Shown: positions 36,662 to 48,800 of the stretch, piece by piece
Layout: every line of letters starts with the position of its first letter
Position numbering within the stretch: the stretch's first letter is position 1
Assembly: GCA_017654855.1 (NCBI GenBank)
Contig: CM030337.1
Location: 1,860,001 to 1,924,000 of the forward strand
Direction: 5' to 3'
DNA: 64,000 bases
DNA from: Podospora anserina
Lineage: Eukaryota
The notes under the pieces: model-generated
What the model saw: only the letters and a program-made list of their open reading frames with translations
Told to the model about the DNA's origin: nothing
Database searches by the model: none
Program-made: the position numbers and the translations under genes

Positions 36662-37008
36662 CTGATCTTTTGCTTCTTGCATATCGATATACACTCAAAG
36701 TACACACCGGACAACTTTTTGGGGAGCATTTAGAAGTGGAGATAAACACTTTACTAGGGTTATTCGACACCCTTATCAGGCCAGATCACACGCAGTATCT
36801 CCTGCTCTTTCCTTGCTTCTTAACTGGGCTGGCATGTCCGCGGAAAGACCAGCAGCAGAGAATAGAGACCCTTATTCTGGGGATCTATTCTTATACACAG
36901 TTCAACAACGCGTTGCATGCACTCAACTTTCTTCGGAACACTTGGGAATCTAGAACGAGGGGGGCGAGACCACCCCTTTGGGGCTTTGAGGGTTTTGTAC
37001 CAGCATAG
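36661..37008 (+). pseudogene. C-terminal fragment resembling a fungal transcription-factor domain (Fungal_trans_2-like)
   Basis: LLLLAYRYTL...LLFPCFLTGLAC...QQQRI...FNNALHALNFLRNTW, in a different frame from the P450. Confidence 0.6.
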
Positions 37009-37069
37009 CTGTGATCTACACCGTTAGTTTACCCTAGCAATCCACTTTTATCCTGCTACCTTATTACCT

Positions 37070-37145
37070 ATCATCACCCAACCATTCCAAGTGTCCAATC
37101 AACCTATCACCAACCCATCGTCACCCAACCACTCCAGGTGTCCAA
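37070..37145 (+). repeat. 29-bp direct repeat x2, subterminal in the insertion
   Basis: ATCATCACCCAACCATTCCAAGTGTCCAA (37070) versus ATCGTCACCCAACCACTCCAGGTGTCCAA (37117), three transitions. Confidence 0.85.
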
Positions 37146-37387
37146 CGTGTCAACCAACCATGCTGCGGGGTTTCTGTGGGCCTACCTCAAAATGATCGGT
37201 ACCTTGGCTTAGCCCGTATCTTGTGCTCGGCATGGGTGTGTCCGCATTGTCCGCCAACTAACGGTGGAAACGGGCTCAAGCTGTGCCGTTCCATATCCGT
37301 TTACCGGCATAGTGTCTTCAATATCTTGAGGTAAACAATATACTCTTTTTGGAGCTTCCCATCCTCACAGTTATCCTACATGACCGC

Positions 37388-37438
37388 CAGATCAGTACTC
37401 AGGTGGGTGACCACTGGGGAATCCCTGGTGTTGTATGT
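37388..37438 (+). rRNA. 5S rRNA gene, 3' half (nt 69-119), followed by oligo-T Pol III terminator
   Basis: CAGATCAGTACTCAGGTGGGTGACCACTGGGGAATCCCTGGTGTTGTATGT then TTTT; its 3' end pairs with ACATACGAC at 31445 (helix I). Confidence 0.93.
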
Positions 37439-37872
37439 TTTTGGCTCCATTCTCAAGACTTGGCACTAGCCCCCTTTTTGTCCGTGAGCTGTCACCACCC
37501 TTCTCCTGTTGAGAAAAACAAAAGCACAAAGAAGTAAGTTGAGGATAGCAGCCTGTTTGAAAGGAGTGACTTCTATTCGACTTGAAATGAGAAGACTAGA
37601 AATACAGGAACAAAATGCAAGCTATATACACATATACATAAGAGGCAGACTCTCTGCTCTAAACAAATGGCCAGTTACTTGGGTATCAATGAGTGTAGCA
37701 TTGGCCACCTGTGCCAACAAGACAAGGAAAAATGTTTCTCGACCATCAGGAAATGACACAGGAAAAATGAATGTTGTGCCTTGGTGGCCTGCCATCCAGT
37801 CACCTGTTGTTCATGTCGGTTTCGTGTCGTCAGCTCTTTCCACCCCGGAGCTCCATATCCACACAGCCTTGC

Positions 37873-38761
37873 TTAAGCCTCAAAGTCCTCCAAGAACTCA
37901 GCCAGCACATCGGGATCCCTCAAATCACCATCAAGCTCGACCGCCCTTTGGATGAGCGCCTGCAGCTTCATCTCCGACGCCTTCACGCTGCGAGCGAGGA
38001 GGCGTCTGGCGTTCGCAGCTCCAGTGTCAGTGCCGTTGTTTCCATTGCCAACCTCCACATTGTTGTCAGCGTTGTTGTTACCAGCTGCGCCAGCCATCTG
38101 CACCGGCACAACACCCCCGAACGGTCCAGCTCTGGCGCTGTTCTGGCACCTCACAAGGCAGACATTCTCCTGACCAGCGACAGTCCCCGTGCACTGCTGG
38201 TTAGCGGGGATGCTAGCCGTCAGGGGGAAAGCGGTAGTTTGTCCTTGCTGTAATCCTCATTGTCAGTCATGATTCCTCGTGATATAGTCTGAAATCGCTG
38301 GAGAGACTTACCCGATTGCGAGAGTTGCGCCCTGGGACATTTTGTGTGACTTGGATGTTGGACCATTGTTGGCCTGTGGCATCGGCATTGATCATGCACT
38401 GGTAGGGACCACCGCCATCGGCGTTGACCTGGTGAAGCATCATCGAGACCTCACCTCCTGGGGTGACCTGGGGAAGCTGGTCTCCTGTCTCAGCGAGAAT
38501 AGCCCTCGTGCCGGCTTCAAGCTGGTTATCGCCGGCACCGATCGTCTCGCCAAAGGTTTGAGCAGACGAGCCACGGAAGCGGGTGGAGTCCTGCTGGAAG
38601 GGACGGCGGCGGGTGCCGTCACGGGGAGTGGTGGTGTCGATGCCGAGGGCCATGCCGGAGCCGCCTGCGTTGCCGGTTGCTTGGACGATGGCGCCATGGG
38701 CGGTGACGAGGGGGAGGACCGGGAGGAGGAGGGTGAGAAGGGTGGTGAGAGAGGGAGACAT
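37873..38761 (-). CDS. Secreted Egh16/Gas1(MAS)-like protein (DUF3129); exons 38761-38312, 38247-37873
   Basis: Signal peptide then [39 protein letters not shown]...AGPFGG. Confidence 0.88.
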
Positions 38762-40653
38762 GATGAGGAGGTGAGGTTGGTGTTTTTTGAAGAAGTGAAT
38801 AAAGTGATAGAGGTTGTAAAGGGGACCCTGCCGGCGGGAGGTTGGAAAAGATAGATGTGAATAGAAGAAGGTGCTGAGTTGGTCTCCTGGACGCTTGAGG
38901 GTGAAGGTGAGGATGAAGATGTAGAACTGGCTGATGAGAGAGGGATGGTAATGGCTTCTTATAGACAATTCTCTCAGCCCTCTCGTCCATATCGTTGTGA
39001 TCATGAGTCCACCACATCTTGGTCGACTGCCGCCCCTGTGAGCCGACACCCGAGTTTGCCAGCACATTCTCTCTGTCTGTTTTCATCCGATGTTGTCGAA
39101 ACTTACCCCTCAAGTGACGAGAAATCGCTCAGGCACGTAGCAACAACCGCTTCGGGCAAGTTGCGTCGACTCCAAAACACTTGCCCAGGAGCTTCATCGT
39201 GAGGCAGTGCTGAGCGCCAGAGTTTCGAGGGGTCTTGTCGACGGCCTCCTTCCCCTCCGCAGCAGATACCAAGCAGTCAGTACTAGTGCATCTCTCGCCG
39301 TGCTGTCATCCAGGAAGACCGGTGAAGCTTGAAGAACTGCTGACTTTAGCAGCCAGCCAGCTAGAAGTTGTAAGTACGCTGAACTTCATTTCCTGGGTGA
39401 TCCACAATAGCCATGAAGCTGATCTGGGGATCACGATAGTGTTAGCAGGAGAGATCACCTAGCCTGTTTGCCAATGCATGCATTCAACTTACAGATCTAC
39501 AAACAGAGTCTTCCTGTCGTGGTCCCTGATGGCAGACCCGAGATCCGTCTTGGCTCCGGATGCCACACTACTCGCTTTGACTGTTCGGTTGGACAAATAA
39601 GCTTTGACAGGTTGGCAAACCATCCATCACCGTCGCCGAGATATCCCGTAAGCCAGTAAGAACTCGTGATGGCTGCCCAGAGTTGTAGTTGCAAGACGAA
39701 ACATCTGTGCACCAGAAACAGTAACCCGGTTAGACATCTTGGCGATAAAATCCCCGAGAGCTGTCACCCTGATGGCAGGTTTCATCGTGTTCGACCAATA
39801 GGGCTGCAAGACTTATTGCACCCCAGCAAAGTCTTGAAAGCGATGCCAAAAAGCAGTTTGAGGACTCGGTGAGTTATCCTTGTGGCTTGCTGTGCTCTAA
39901 AAAAGCCTTTTTACGCGACAGATCTCATTCTTTAAAGACTATCCTCATCATCAGTTCATTTTTGGACATAGAAGTAAGACAAGAAAGCGCTGTTGAGGTT
40001 ATCAGTCGCAGGCGGAGCCTCGATAATTGGCTGCTCAAAATCAGTTTCACGAACTCTTCTCTTTCCCTACAAGGGGATTTTTTGGGAGTGGCTGTGCACG
40101 CATGATTATTCTTTTGTTCTTTTGCTTCTAGTTTCGAGCAAAAAAACAAGGGTGAGAAATCCGGGGATCTGCTGAAACGTTTGTTCGATCTCGCAGCCTT
40201 GCTGTCGATCAAACGCGGCGAACCCCTTTCACAAGGGCTCAAGAAACCACCACCTGCCAATCGCATCAGCACCGCTATCGAGAAAATAAACCTGAAGAAA
40301 CATTTCAACATCACATAAACTTAGATATTGGTATGCTGCCGGAAGCGCTAAAACGCATGGATGGTTATTCGCAGGTTTCTCAGCATGTGAGCACCAGGCC
40401 ATGCCGGAGATCCAGAGCGGAAACACCATCCATGGTGTGGCAGCCATAGAAAATATTTGAGCAGCGATGAAATAACAGAGGGCTTCCCTTTGAGCTTCTC
40501 AAAACAGGATATTGTCTGGTAGTTTCACCGTCCACTCAGAAGGGGGCCCGATGGTCTCTGCCCCTGAGGATGTCGAAGTATTGACCGGGACGGGTCAAAG
40601 TATCGTATCGCGAAGTTGGCCGTTCTGCTGCCCGTGAAGACATGAAAGTGGTG

Positions 40654-41983
40654 TTAGGTTGTACTACCAAGGCCTGTTGTCAGTACGATGCGCGCCAATG
40701 AGAGCATTTGCACACTGACCTCTTTTTCGACCTAGGGCAAGTTGTAACTCTCCTGCGTTTGCCATGGATGTGGATCTCGTGCTCATAGACGCCAAGGGCG
40801 CATTGACAACATGTCTTGGGCCACCTGGTACATTGCTCTGAGGGGGAAGTGTTGCATGATGAGCTCGACCTGAGCCTGGAGCATATCTATTGGTTCTCTG
40901 TTCAGCTCTTGGGACAGACATGTATGTTGGTGATGCAGTGGTGTTGAAGACTTGTGGCTGAATGAGGTTTTCTGGTGGTCCTGTACCATAACGTCAGTTC
41001 GATGCGCCTGTTGATATGAGAATAGTATGACCCAATCACTTACTTTGGTGACTGTAGCTTTCTGGGACAGGCATGCTTCTTTGAACAGTCTGAGCTTGTT
41101 GGTCAGGGGCCACTGTCACATATCTGGGCCTATTGATCCGGTCGGCCCCTGAAAATGCAGCGCGCGGCAGTCTTGTATCTCTGACTCCATGTCCTGCTTG
41201 TGGAAGATCTCTTGGGCGAAGACGGCCTGAGGAGACTTGCTCTCGTTGTGATGTCCCTTCCTCGGCACGCATCTGATAGAGCTGCTCCTGAAGTTCTCGA
41301 CACTTCTTTTTGAGTTTGTCGTAGACACTCCGAAAATGTAGCAGTTCCTTATTTCTTTTTTCCAGATCTCTGTTGAGATCTTCACACTGGCGCGAAATAG
41401 TTTCCTCCTCCCTTTGTATTGCTAGATGGGAAGTAAGCAAAGGGGAAAGGACCCGGGGATATTCTGGCTATCTGCAACATACCATCATATTTAGCTTTCC
41501 AGCCAGCACAGGTTCTCGACAATTCCGCCTTTTCTCGACCGTCCTTTGATCTTTTGCAGTGAGCATGTAGCTGTCAAAAAGATAGGTATATGAGGGAGCA
41601 ACTGACATTTGTACTTCTAGTTGCTGTGACCAGAACGCCATCGCACTTGAAGCAGCTTCCATGATCATTGTTGGGCTGAGCCCATACATCAACTGGACCG
41701 CATCTTGAACCGATGATTCCCAGTCCTGATGATTGCAGATTTCTTCTTCCTCAAGATGTTTTCTGCACACCGGGCAGCTCCATGGTGGCTCATTTCCGAA
41801 GCCATGGGTGATGGCGCATTGGTTACAGAGGATGTGCCTGCTCCCAAAGTTAGCCGTCTCCCTGATTGACATTCGCCAGATACCGAAAATAAAAATTGAG
41901 ACTTACATACAGGAGGTGACAACCATGCCATTCACCAACTCGGCATCGCAGCCCTGGACCTTGCACTTCAGATAAACAGGCAT
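40654..41983 (-). CDS. HEI10: HEI10/CCNB1IP1-like RING E3 ligase with coiled coil, about 6 exons; 3' exon tentative
   Basis: Spliced LKCKVQGC...VVTSCMHILCNQC...CPVC, GLSPTMIMEAASSAMAFWSQQ, VYDKLKKK. Donors at 41906, 41606, about 41482, 41043 and about 40719. Confidence 0.7.
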
Positions 41984-42607
41984 TTTGACTGCGGCGCAGA
42001 TGCTGAGACCGTCGTTCAAAGCGAATTGCAGATAACAGCAATCAGTTTGACGAAAAGATTGCTAATCTGATGCTCTGATCTATCGGTGAAGATTCTGAAG
42101 TGCAATGGGAATGGAAGGTGGGTGGCTTGATGGCCATCCTTGTTCCTTCCAAACTCAATGGTGCAGGTGGATATGGTGCCTGGAGCCATGTGATGGCTGG
42201 AAACTCAGCGATCGTTCCGTGAATTCATCGTAAGAGAAGTAAATTGTCTTTGTCTCTTTATCTGGACTCCAATCACTGGTATCTTATTCTGCTACCTCTT
42301 CTCTCTCTCATCATCATCGAGTGAGGTTGATCTCAACAACTGGGTTAGGGTTCTTTCCCAGCCACGGCAAGCCACGCCAAGTATCCCTGAAGCACGGACC
42401 GAACCGTTAATTCTCCACCGAACTCCCCCAAGTGCCAGGATCTTGGTTGGCGCCTCGACTCCACCTCCCCGCCTTGTGGCTGTGCCTCTCACTCAGGCAC
42501 CCTCACCCACTCCCTGAAGCTTACTGAAGCAGAGCCTCTCGAGTTAACGGCCGACGACAGTAAACTAACATCTCGCTGTGCGACACCGTCAGCGCGATTC
42601 ATCAAAC

Positions 42608-44728
42608 ATGACCGAAATCGTAATGAGCCAGACACCACCGATTCTGCATGGCCCTTCAGAAAAGGAACGGAAATATGATCGTCAGCTTCGCCTATGGGCT
42701 GCCAGTGGCCAAGCTGCCCTCGAGTCAGCCAATATCTTGCTGGTGAACTCTGGCCCTGGCACAGTGGGTGTTGAGACTTTGAAGAACCTGGTGTTGCCAG
42801 GTACGTTTACTCGCTCTTATATCTCATGCTATGAGTTTGAAGCTAACATATGTATCCAGGAATTGGTCGCTTTGCCATTTATGATGAAGCCAGGGTCGAG
42901 GAAGCAGACTTGGGCGTCAACTTCTTCCTGGATGAGGACAGCCTGGGAAAGCCGAGGTCAGAGAGTCTCACAGGACATCTGTTGGAGCTGAACCCAGAGG
43001 TCCAGGGTGACTGGTATCCGAATGAGGTAGGTGGACTCATCCGTGACTCTCAGTCAGTTATCACGCTGTAAGTGTGAGCTCTCATCACACAACTATACTC
43101 ACATACGGTGGTGGTGAATATAGAATGTCAAGACTTTAGACTCCCTCCTCACGAGTTCCCCCGTCTTCACAACCATCATATATACACACCCCATCACACC
43201 AGAGAACCTCTCGCTTCTGGAATCACATGGGCAACAACACCAAACCCCGCTGGTGGCGATACACTCCGCTGGCTTCTACTCTTACTTCCGCATCAACCTC
43301 CCAGGAGCTTTCCCCATCGTCGACACACATCCAGACGAGACAGCCACGACAGACCTTCGCCTCCTCACCCCATGGCCTGAGTTGGCTGTGTTCGCGGAGG
43401 AGCTAACGAAGAACATTGATGATCTGTCTGACTTCGAGCATGGTCACCTGCCTTATGTCGTGATATTGCTCCACTATCTTGAGAGATGGAAAGCGGAGCA
43501 CGATGGCAGCTACCCCTCAACCTACAAGGAGAAGACCGAGTTTCGTCGGATAGTCCAGGGCGTGGCGAGGACCCAGAATGCCGAGGGTGGCGAAGAGAAC
43601 TTTGATGAAGCGGCTGCTGCCGTGCTCAAGACCCTTGTGGTGCCATCACTACCGTCAGGGTTGAAGGAGATCTTCGAATACGAGCGCACAAACCCAGTAA
43701 GTCACAACCTTGGTTGGAGAGATGGGCCACCCCTCTTTCGTGATGGTGTCATCGTCGACAGCTACCCCTCTTTGATGAACGTGTCAGGCAGATGCTGACG
43801 AGGCTGCCCCAGGCGGAGCAAAAGTCCGGGTTCTGGGTGATCGCCGACGCGGTCAAGGCCTTCTACGAGAAGCACAAGTGCTTGCCCCTCCCGGGGAAAG
43901 TCCCTGACATGAAGGCCCAGTCCAAGGTGTACATTCAGCTCCAGAATATCTACAAGGCAAAGGCACGCAAGGATGCTGCTGAGATCTTGGAAACCGTCCA
44001 AGCCACGGCCGGTGGCCAGACCATCGATCCCGCAGAAGTGGACCTCTTCTGCAAGAACGCAGCCTTTGTCAAGCTCATCAACGCAACGACAGGGAAGATC
44101 AGCAGGGCAGATCGCTTGAACGAGGTAGCAGGTAAGTTCCCACAATATTCCCCATTCCCGTCCGTGGTTGTCGTCGAGGACGACATACCCCTCCCCATAT
44201 TGGCCACTCCAGACGTCCATTGGGCGCACGGAGGGGCGAGGTCATGAGACGAGGAGGGGTGTGACAGGAACGAGGAAATTCGGACGAAGAAAGAAACGAG
44301 AGAGAAAAGAAAGGCTGGCTGACAATAGAGTGCCATTTTCGCCACTCGCTTTTACAGCCCAAGAGTTTCGCAACGACGAGCAAGCCGAAATGACCCTCCA
44401 GCCACTCTCGCTTCTCCCCATTTATCTCGCCATGCAGGCAACAGCCCACCAAGTTGAGACAGAAGACGGCCGCGGCTGGCCTAGACAAGAGGAGGTGTTG
44501 GCAAGGGTAGCCAAGATGGTGCCCGGGGCAGACGAGAACGAGAGGGTTCGCCAGGCGGTGGAGGAGGTGGCTCGCGCCGAGGGGGGCGAGCTGCACAATG
44601 TTGCTGCGCTGACGGGGGGGATGGTGGCGCAGGAGATGATCAAGATCATTACTAAGCAGTATATCCCTATTGATAATACTTGCTTATTTGACGGCATTAG
44701 CAGCCGGTGCCAGATCCTTCGCCTATAG
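42608..44728 (+). CDS. ULA1: NEDD8-activating enzyme E1 regulatory subunit (APP-BP1); exons 42608-42800, 42860-43026, 43124-43696, 43813-44131, 44358-44728
   Basis: [80 protein letters not shown]. Confidence 0.95.
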
Positions 44729-45802
44729 GGTATCGGGGAAGGAGGGCGGGATGTATTATGGGGAGCAGGGCATCAGCAACAGGTGATGGGGGAGGTGGAT
44801 CAGCAGCAGGAAATTGAAGGGGTAGTGATGGTAATGGATGGTGATGATGACGGAGTGATGGTGAAAGAGGCAAGAGGGAAGAAGAGAAGGGGGGGTGAGC
44901 TGGAGCTTGTGGATATGGGTAGGGAAAGGGAAGCGCCGGCGTTGCGGCTGGGGACAAAACTGGAGGAGAAGGAGCCTGAAGGGGGTGCTAGCCGGCCTGG
45001 GCTTGCTGGGCTCGCCAGTAGGGAACTCAAGGGAGAGGCCTGCTTCTTGTGTGAGGAGGATGAGGAGGAGGAGACATGATTGGATCTGGGCTTCCCTTTC
45101 CTGCTTGGTGAGGTGCTGGATATGGGGAGTGAAGGGCAGGCTGAGAATAGAAATCAAGGGAAACGAGGGAAGGAAGGGTGTATCTGCCGTCATCATAGAG
45201 TACTCTATAGAATGGGGAGAACAGAACAGAAGAGCAGAGCAGAGCTAAATAACGTCAGGGACCCTCATATGGTGGCCAGGCCAAGAAATTATTGTGGTAT
45301 CTTGATAAGGGAGTGGTTGGCTGATAGATGGATGATAAGCAGCAGCAGTTTCAACGATCGTGTTTGGCCATGAGCTGTTTGCATCATCGCATGTCTGTTC
45401 TGTAAGTGCCTGTCAGCCAGTCAGTCGGGTTCGTCACCCAGTTAGAATCTCACATTTGTTTTCGTCTTTGGATCAGGCTGATATCAAACAAAATGACAAT
45501 GACGACGTGGTTGGTGTGTTGTGTGTGTGTTTCATTGGAGGTTTTTCTTTTCGGCATTGAAGGGTAGCTGTTCCGATGGAATATCCCGCTTGGCTAGGTA
45601 GGTGTGTTTGTTGGGCTTTTTATGCAAAATTCAGGCACGGATAGCTGCTTATGCAGGGTGGTTTTCTAACCCTTTTGCACATCACGCTAGATACCAAGAC
45701 ACCGTAGCTACGCTTTTCTTCCATTCGTTCTATTCCGTTTTGGTACTTGGTGTTTGGGGTCATGTTGGGGAAAATGAAGGGACTTGCTCCTGGTGGAGAC
45801 TG

Positions 45803-45812
45803 GAGAGAGAGA

Positions 45813-45877
<65 letters not shown>

Positions 45878-45884
45878 GGAGAGA
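45803..45884 (+). repeat. (GA)n microsatellite, about 80 bp
   Basis: Near-perfect GA run. Confidence 0.97.
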
Positions 45885-48800
45885 AAAAGTTAGGGTATGA
45901 CGATACCCAAATGGGTGATAGTTTTGGGGGAGAGACAAGTCGAGTGATATGTTGGGTCTGCTCCATCTAAAAAATGATGTTTTTTTTCTTGTTTGTGAAA
46001 GCTACTCTGCCTTGTTGCTGTCAATGTCATCGTCAGTGTGTCTCGTTTGTGTCTTTGCATATACATATATGCATGTATCTGTAGGTAGGCAGAGATGCAA
46101 GGCAACAAGCAAGTAACCAGCAGCAGCACAGTCACCGTTTTGTCTCTTTTCAGCTGGCTACCCTTCCCCAAAATGAACAAAAATTGTGGGTTTGGGAGAC
46201 TGGATTCACTGCTTTGGTAATAGGCTGACAGACTTTTCTGGCAGGCGTAGTATCCTGGGCCGCCTTTTTTGGGACCGTCATCGTCGAATCTGGCGTGGTG
46301 TCTGGCATCTTGTTGAGTACTACTCCAGCCAATGGGACCAGTCCGTTTTCAGGCATCTTCTTCAGCCTTCCCGTTTTTCGATGCAGACCTGGTAAACCAG
46401 GTTAGGTCACCCGGTTTTGCAGATACCTTCTGCTTCCCTTGATTCCCTCTGTAAACAGTACGGGTACAACACAACCCGCTCGGCTGCTGTCGTTTGGGCT
46501 CAGGGGATGAGGAAAACGAGCAATTCAGAACAGAGAAAAAACCTGGAAGTAGTACTAATGCAGACTGCAATTGGTAGCTTGCCATGGCATGGCATGGCAC
46601 ATGTATGGTATATGCAAAATGCAGCTACTGTCTGCAGCAAGCCAAAGACCGTTGCGACCAAGATTTCAGCCATTTCTCACCCACCTATTTCTTTTCGGAC
46701 CGCAGAGCCTGGGTGGCACCCTTTCGTTTCTGCTTCTGGTTGGAGAGTGGGCCACTGAAAGGCAGCTCATGTGTATGTAAGCATGCGCCGGCCCTGCGTG
46801 TCGGCCTCGTTTGTCGATGTTGTCTGTATGTATGTCCGCACGTGCATGCTCAGCGTCTAGCCCAACCTGATGTAGCGAGAGAGTGGTTGTAAACGAAAAT
46901 TTTCGGCTGGACCTGAGCATGTAGGACCTGAGGCGATGCCTCTGGCGCTGCCCCATCTGAACCAGATGTCGAGGCAAGTTGGTGAGGAATATTGTGTCCT
47001 TTGGTCTTGCTGTGTTCACCTCAGACTACTAGAGAATATGGAAGCAGAAACCGCTTTTCCGGTCCTCATGATGGGCCGGCGGGGGGGAAGTGAGGTTGTG
47101 AGACATGCTTCTGGCACGATGTCGACGTTCTGGTCCTGAAATCTCCGAGTAGGAGGTGAGGGAATTGATGCAAGCCACAGAAACCAGGTGACTTCGACCT
47201 CATGTTGTGCGGCCTGAGAATGAGAGTGAAATCTGGGGATGGTGGTGGGCGGTATCGAAGCTACAATTCTGGGGTGACCTTGCTGAGCCCGCCTTGCCAA
47301 CCCTGTCGTCTGGCGGACCGCTGTAGCGGTTATTCCGAGGGCCATCCGGAAGTCTGGCGTGAGGAGGCCGATGGGAAAGGTGTAACTCACTACATTAGCT
47401 GCATATCAAGAGCTGGCCCTGTCATGAAGTTGCTCTTGGCGCCCATGTCAAGTTTGACAGATGGAGCACAACTAGCATACCTGTTAGAGGTGTGGCAGCA
47501 TGCATCAGCCTCGCTTGTAAGATGCGAGATGTCAGTTGTCAGAGGCTGCGGGATATAGGAAGAAAAAGCAGGAATATTCCAGCAAGAAGTGTAAAACTCA
47601 AACAGAAGCGGGAGTAAAATGATGTAGGGGTCAACAGTGGAGATAAGTAGACATAGGTTTGACCACTGACAGGTCTTGATGGTGTAAGTACACGCGTAAG
47701 TTGATATGACTCTATCAGTCCAGGGGTGCATTATGTATTGATCGGCCAAACAACTTGTTCGGCACCATGTCATGCAAAAACTGGGCACATGGAAATGCGT
47801 AGGGGCAGTGATGTTTGGGTGATACAGGCACGGCATCGGGCAACTAGGACAAGGCCAGGACGGGAAAGATAGAAGCTGGTCCTGGAATTTCCAAACTTGT
47901 TCTTCCGGCCGGCGACAGGAGCAGATGCGATAGGTTCGTGCTGTGTCCCGGCCGCCTTGTTGGATGACCTCGGTACGTTTTGTGGTTTTGAAACCGGTGT
48001 AGCTTGTAGCTGGTTCCCCGCGAATTCATGTCCGTAGCACATCGCATGCGCAGAGACAACCTGAGTGGAAGTGTCCGGCTCCGCGGCGATACCAACCCGC
48101 CCACCCGTCGTGGTGTCAGGTGCCATGCCGAGCATGCCCGCCCCATGCCATGACTGACCGCAACTTAGGATTTGATGCCGACCACAGCCGCGGCATGTGT
48201 TGCTACGAGCCTCATCGATATCGCCGCGACAGCTCATGGCGATGGTTGATCAATGCGGTGACTACACCTCGGCGCCTCAGTTGTGGTTGACCCCTCCATC
48301 AGCTCGAAGAAGAGGGTGGGCAGGAAAATAGAACGAAGGCATGGACACGGGATCCGAGAAAGGAAATCCAGACACCCATCGGTCACCGACGGCTAGAGAT
48401 GGGATTGGGATAGTGAATGGCATGGCCAAATTAATTCAGAACAGCCGAGTTAATATCGACGACTCTGCGCTGTCCACTGAGACGGCCATGAGTGATAATT
48501 GCTGCATTCCTGCTCCTTCTCCTCCTTCCTTCTCTGATGGTCTGACCAACACTGGATGAGATCAGTCGGCTCCTGCAATCTTGATCGGGGAAGGGTGAAG
48601 GTGTAAGGTGTCTGTGCGGTGCTATCTCCGGCGTTAAGAGCAGGGTAAAAGTCGACTAGACTCGTCGAGACTGGCGGTTAATATGACGTGAACCCAACGG
48701 CGGTGATGTTTGGTCGTGCTGATTTGCTTCTCGCACGAGTGGATGTTTGTGGGGAAGAGCCGGTGTGTTAAGCCACATCTGGGTTGGCGTGCGCCACCGC

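Larger units (their letters stand above)
31513..37387. mobile_element. 5875-bp cargo-carrying insertion within 5S rDNA; candidate non-autonomous Starship-like element
   Basis: Separates two collinear 5S halves with no base lost; flanked by TAATCGC and TGACCGC; carries genes and relics but no recognisable recombinase. Confidence 0.7.

Noticed and set aside
31513-37387. Captain (DUF3435) or transposase inside the 5S insert
   Set aside because: No ORF or fragment with recognisable tyrosine-recombinase, DDE or RT motifs in either orientation.
44697-45248. ORFs immediately downstream of ULA1
   Set aside because: Low-complexity purine-rich sequence that is open in several frames, with no motifs; likely 3' UTR or intergenic.
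45602-45970. ORFs encoding (ER)n or (LS)n tracts
   Set aside because: Artefacts of the GA microsatellite.
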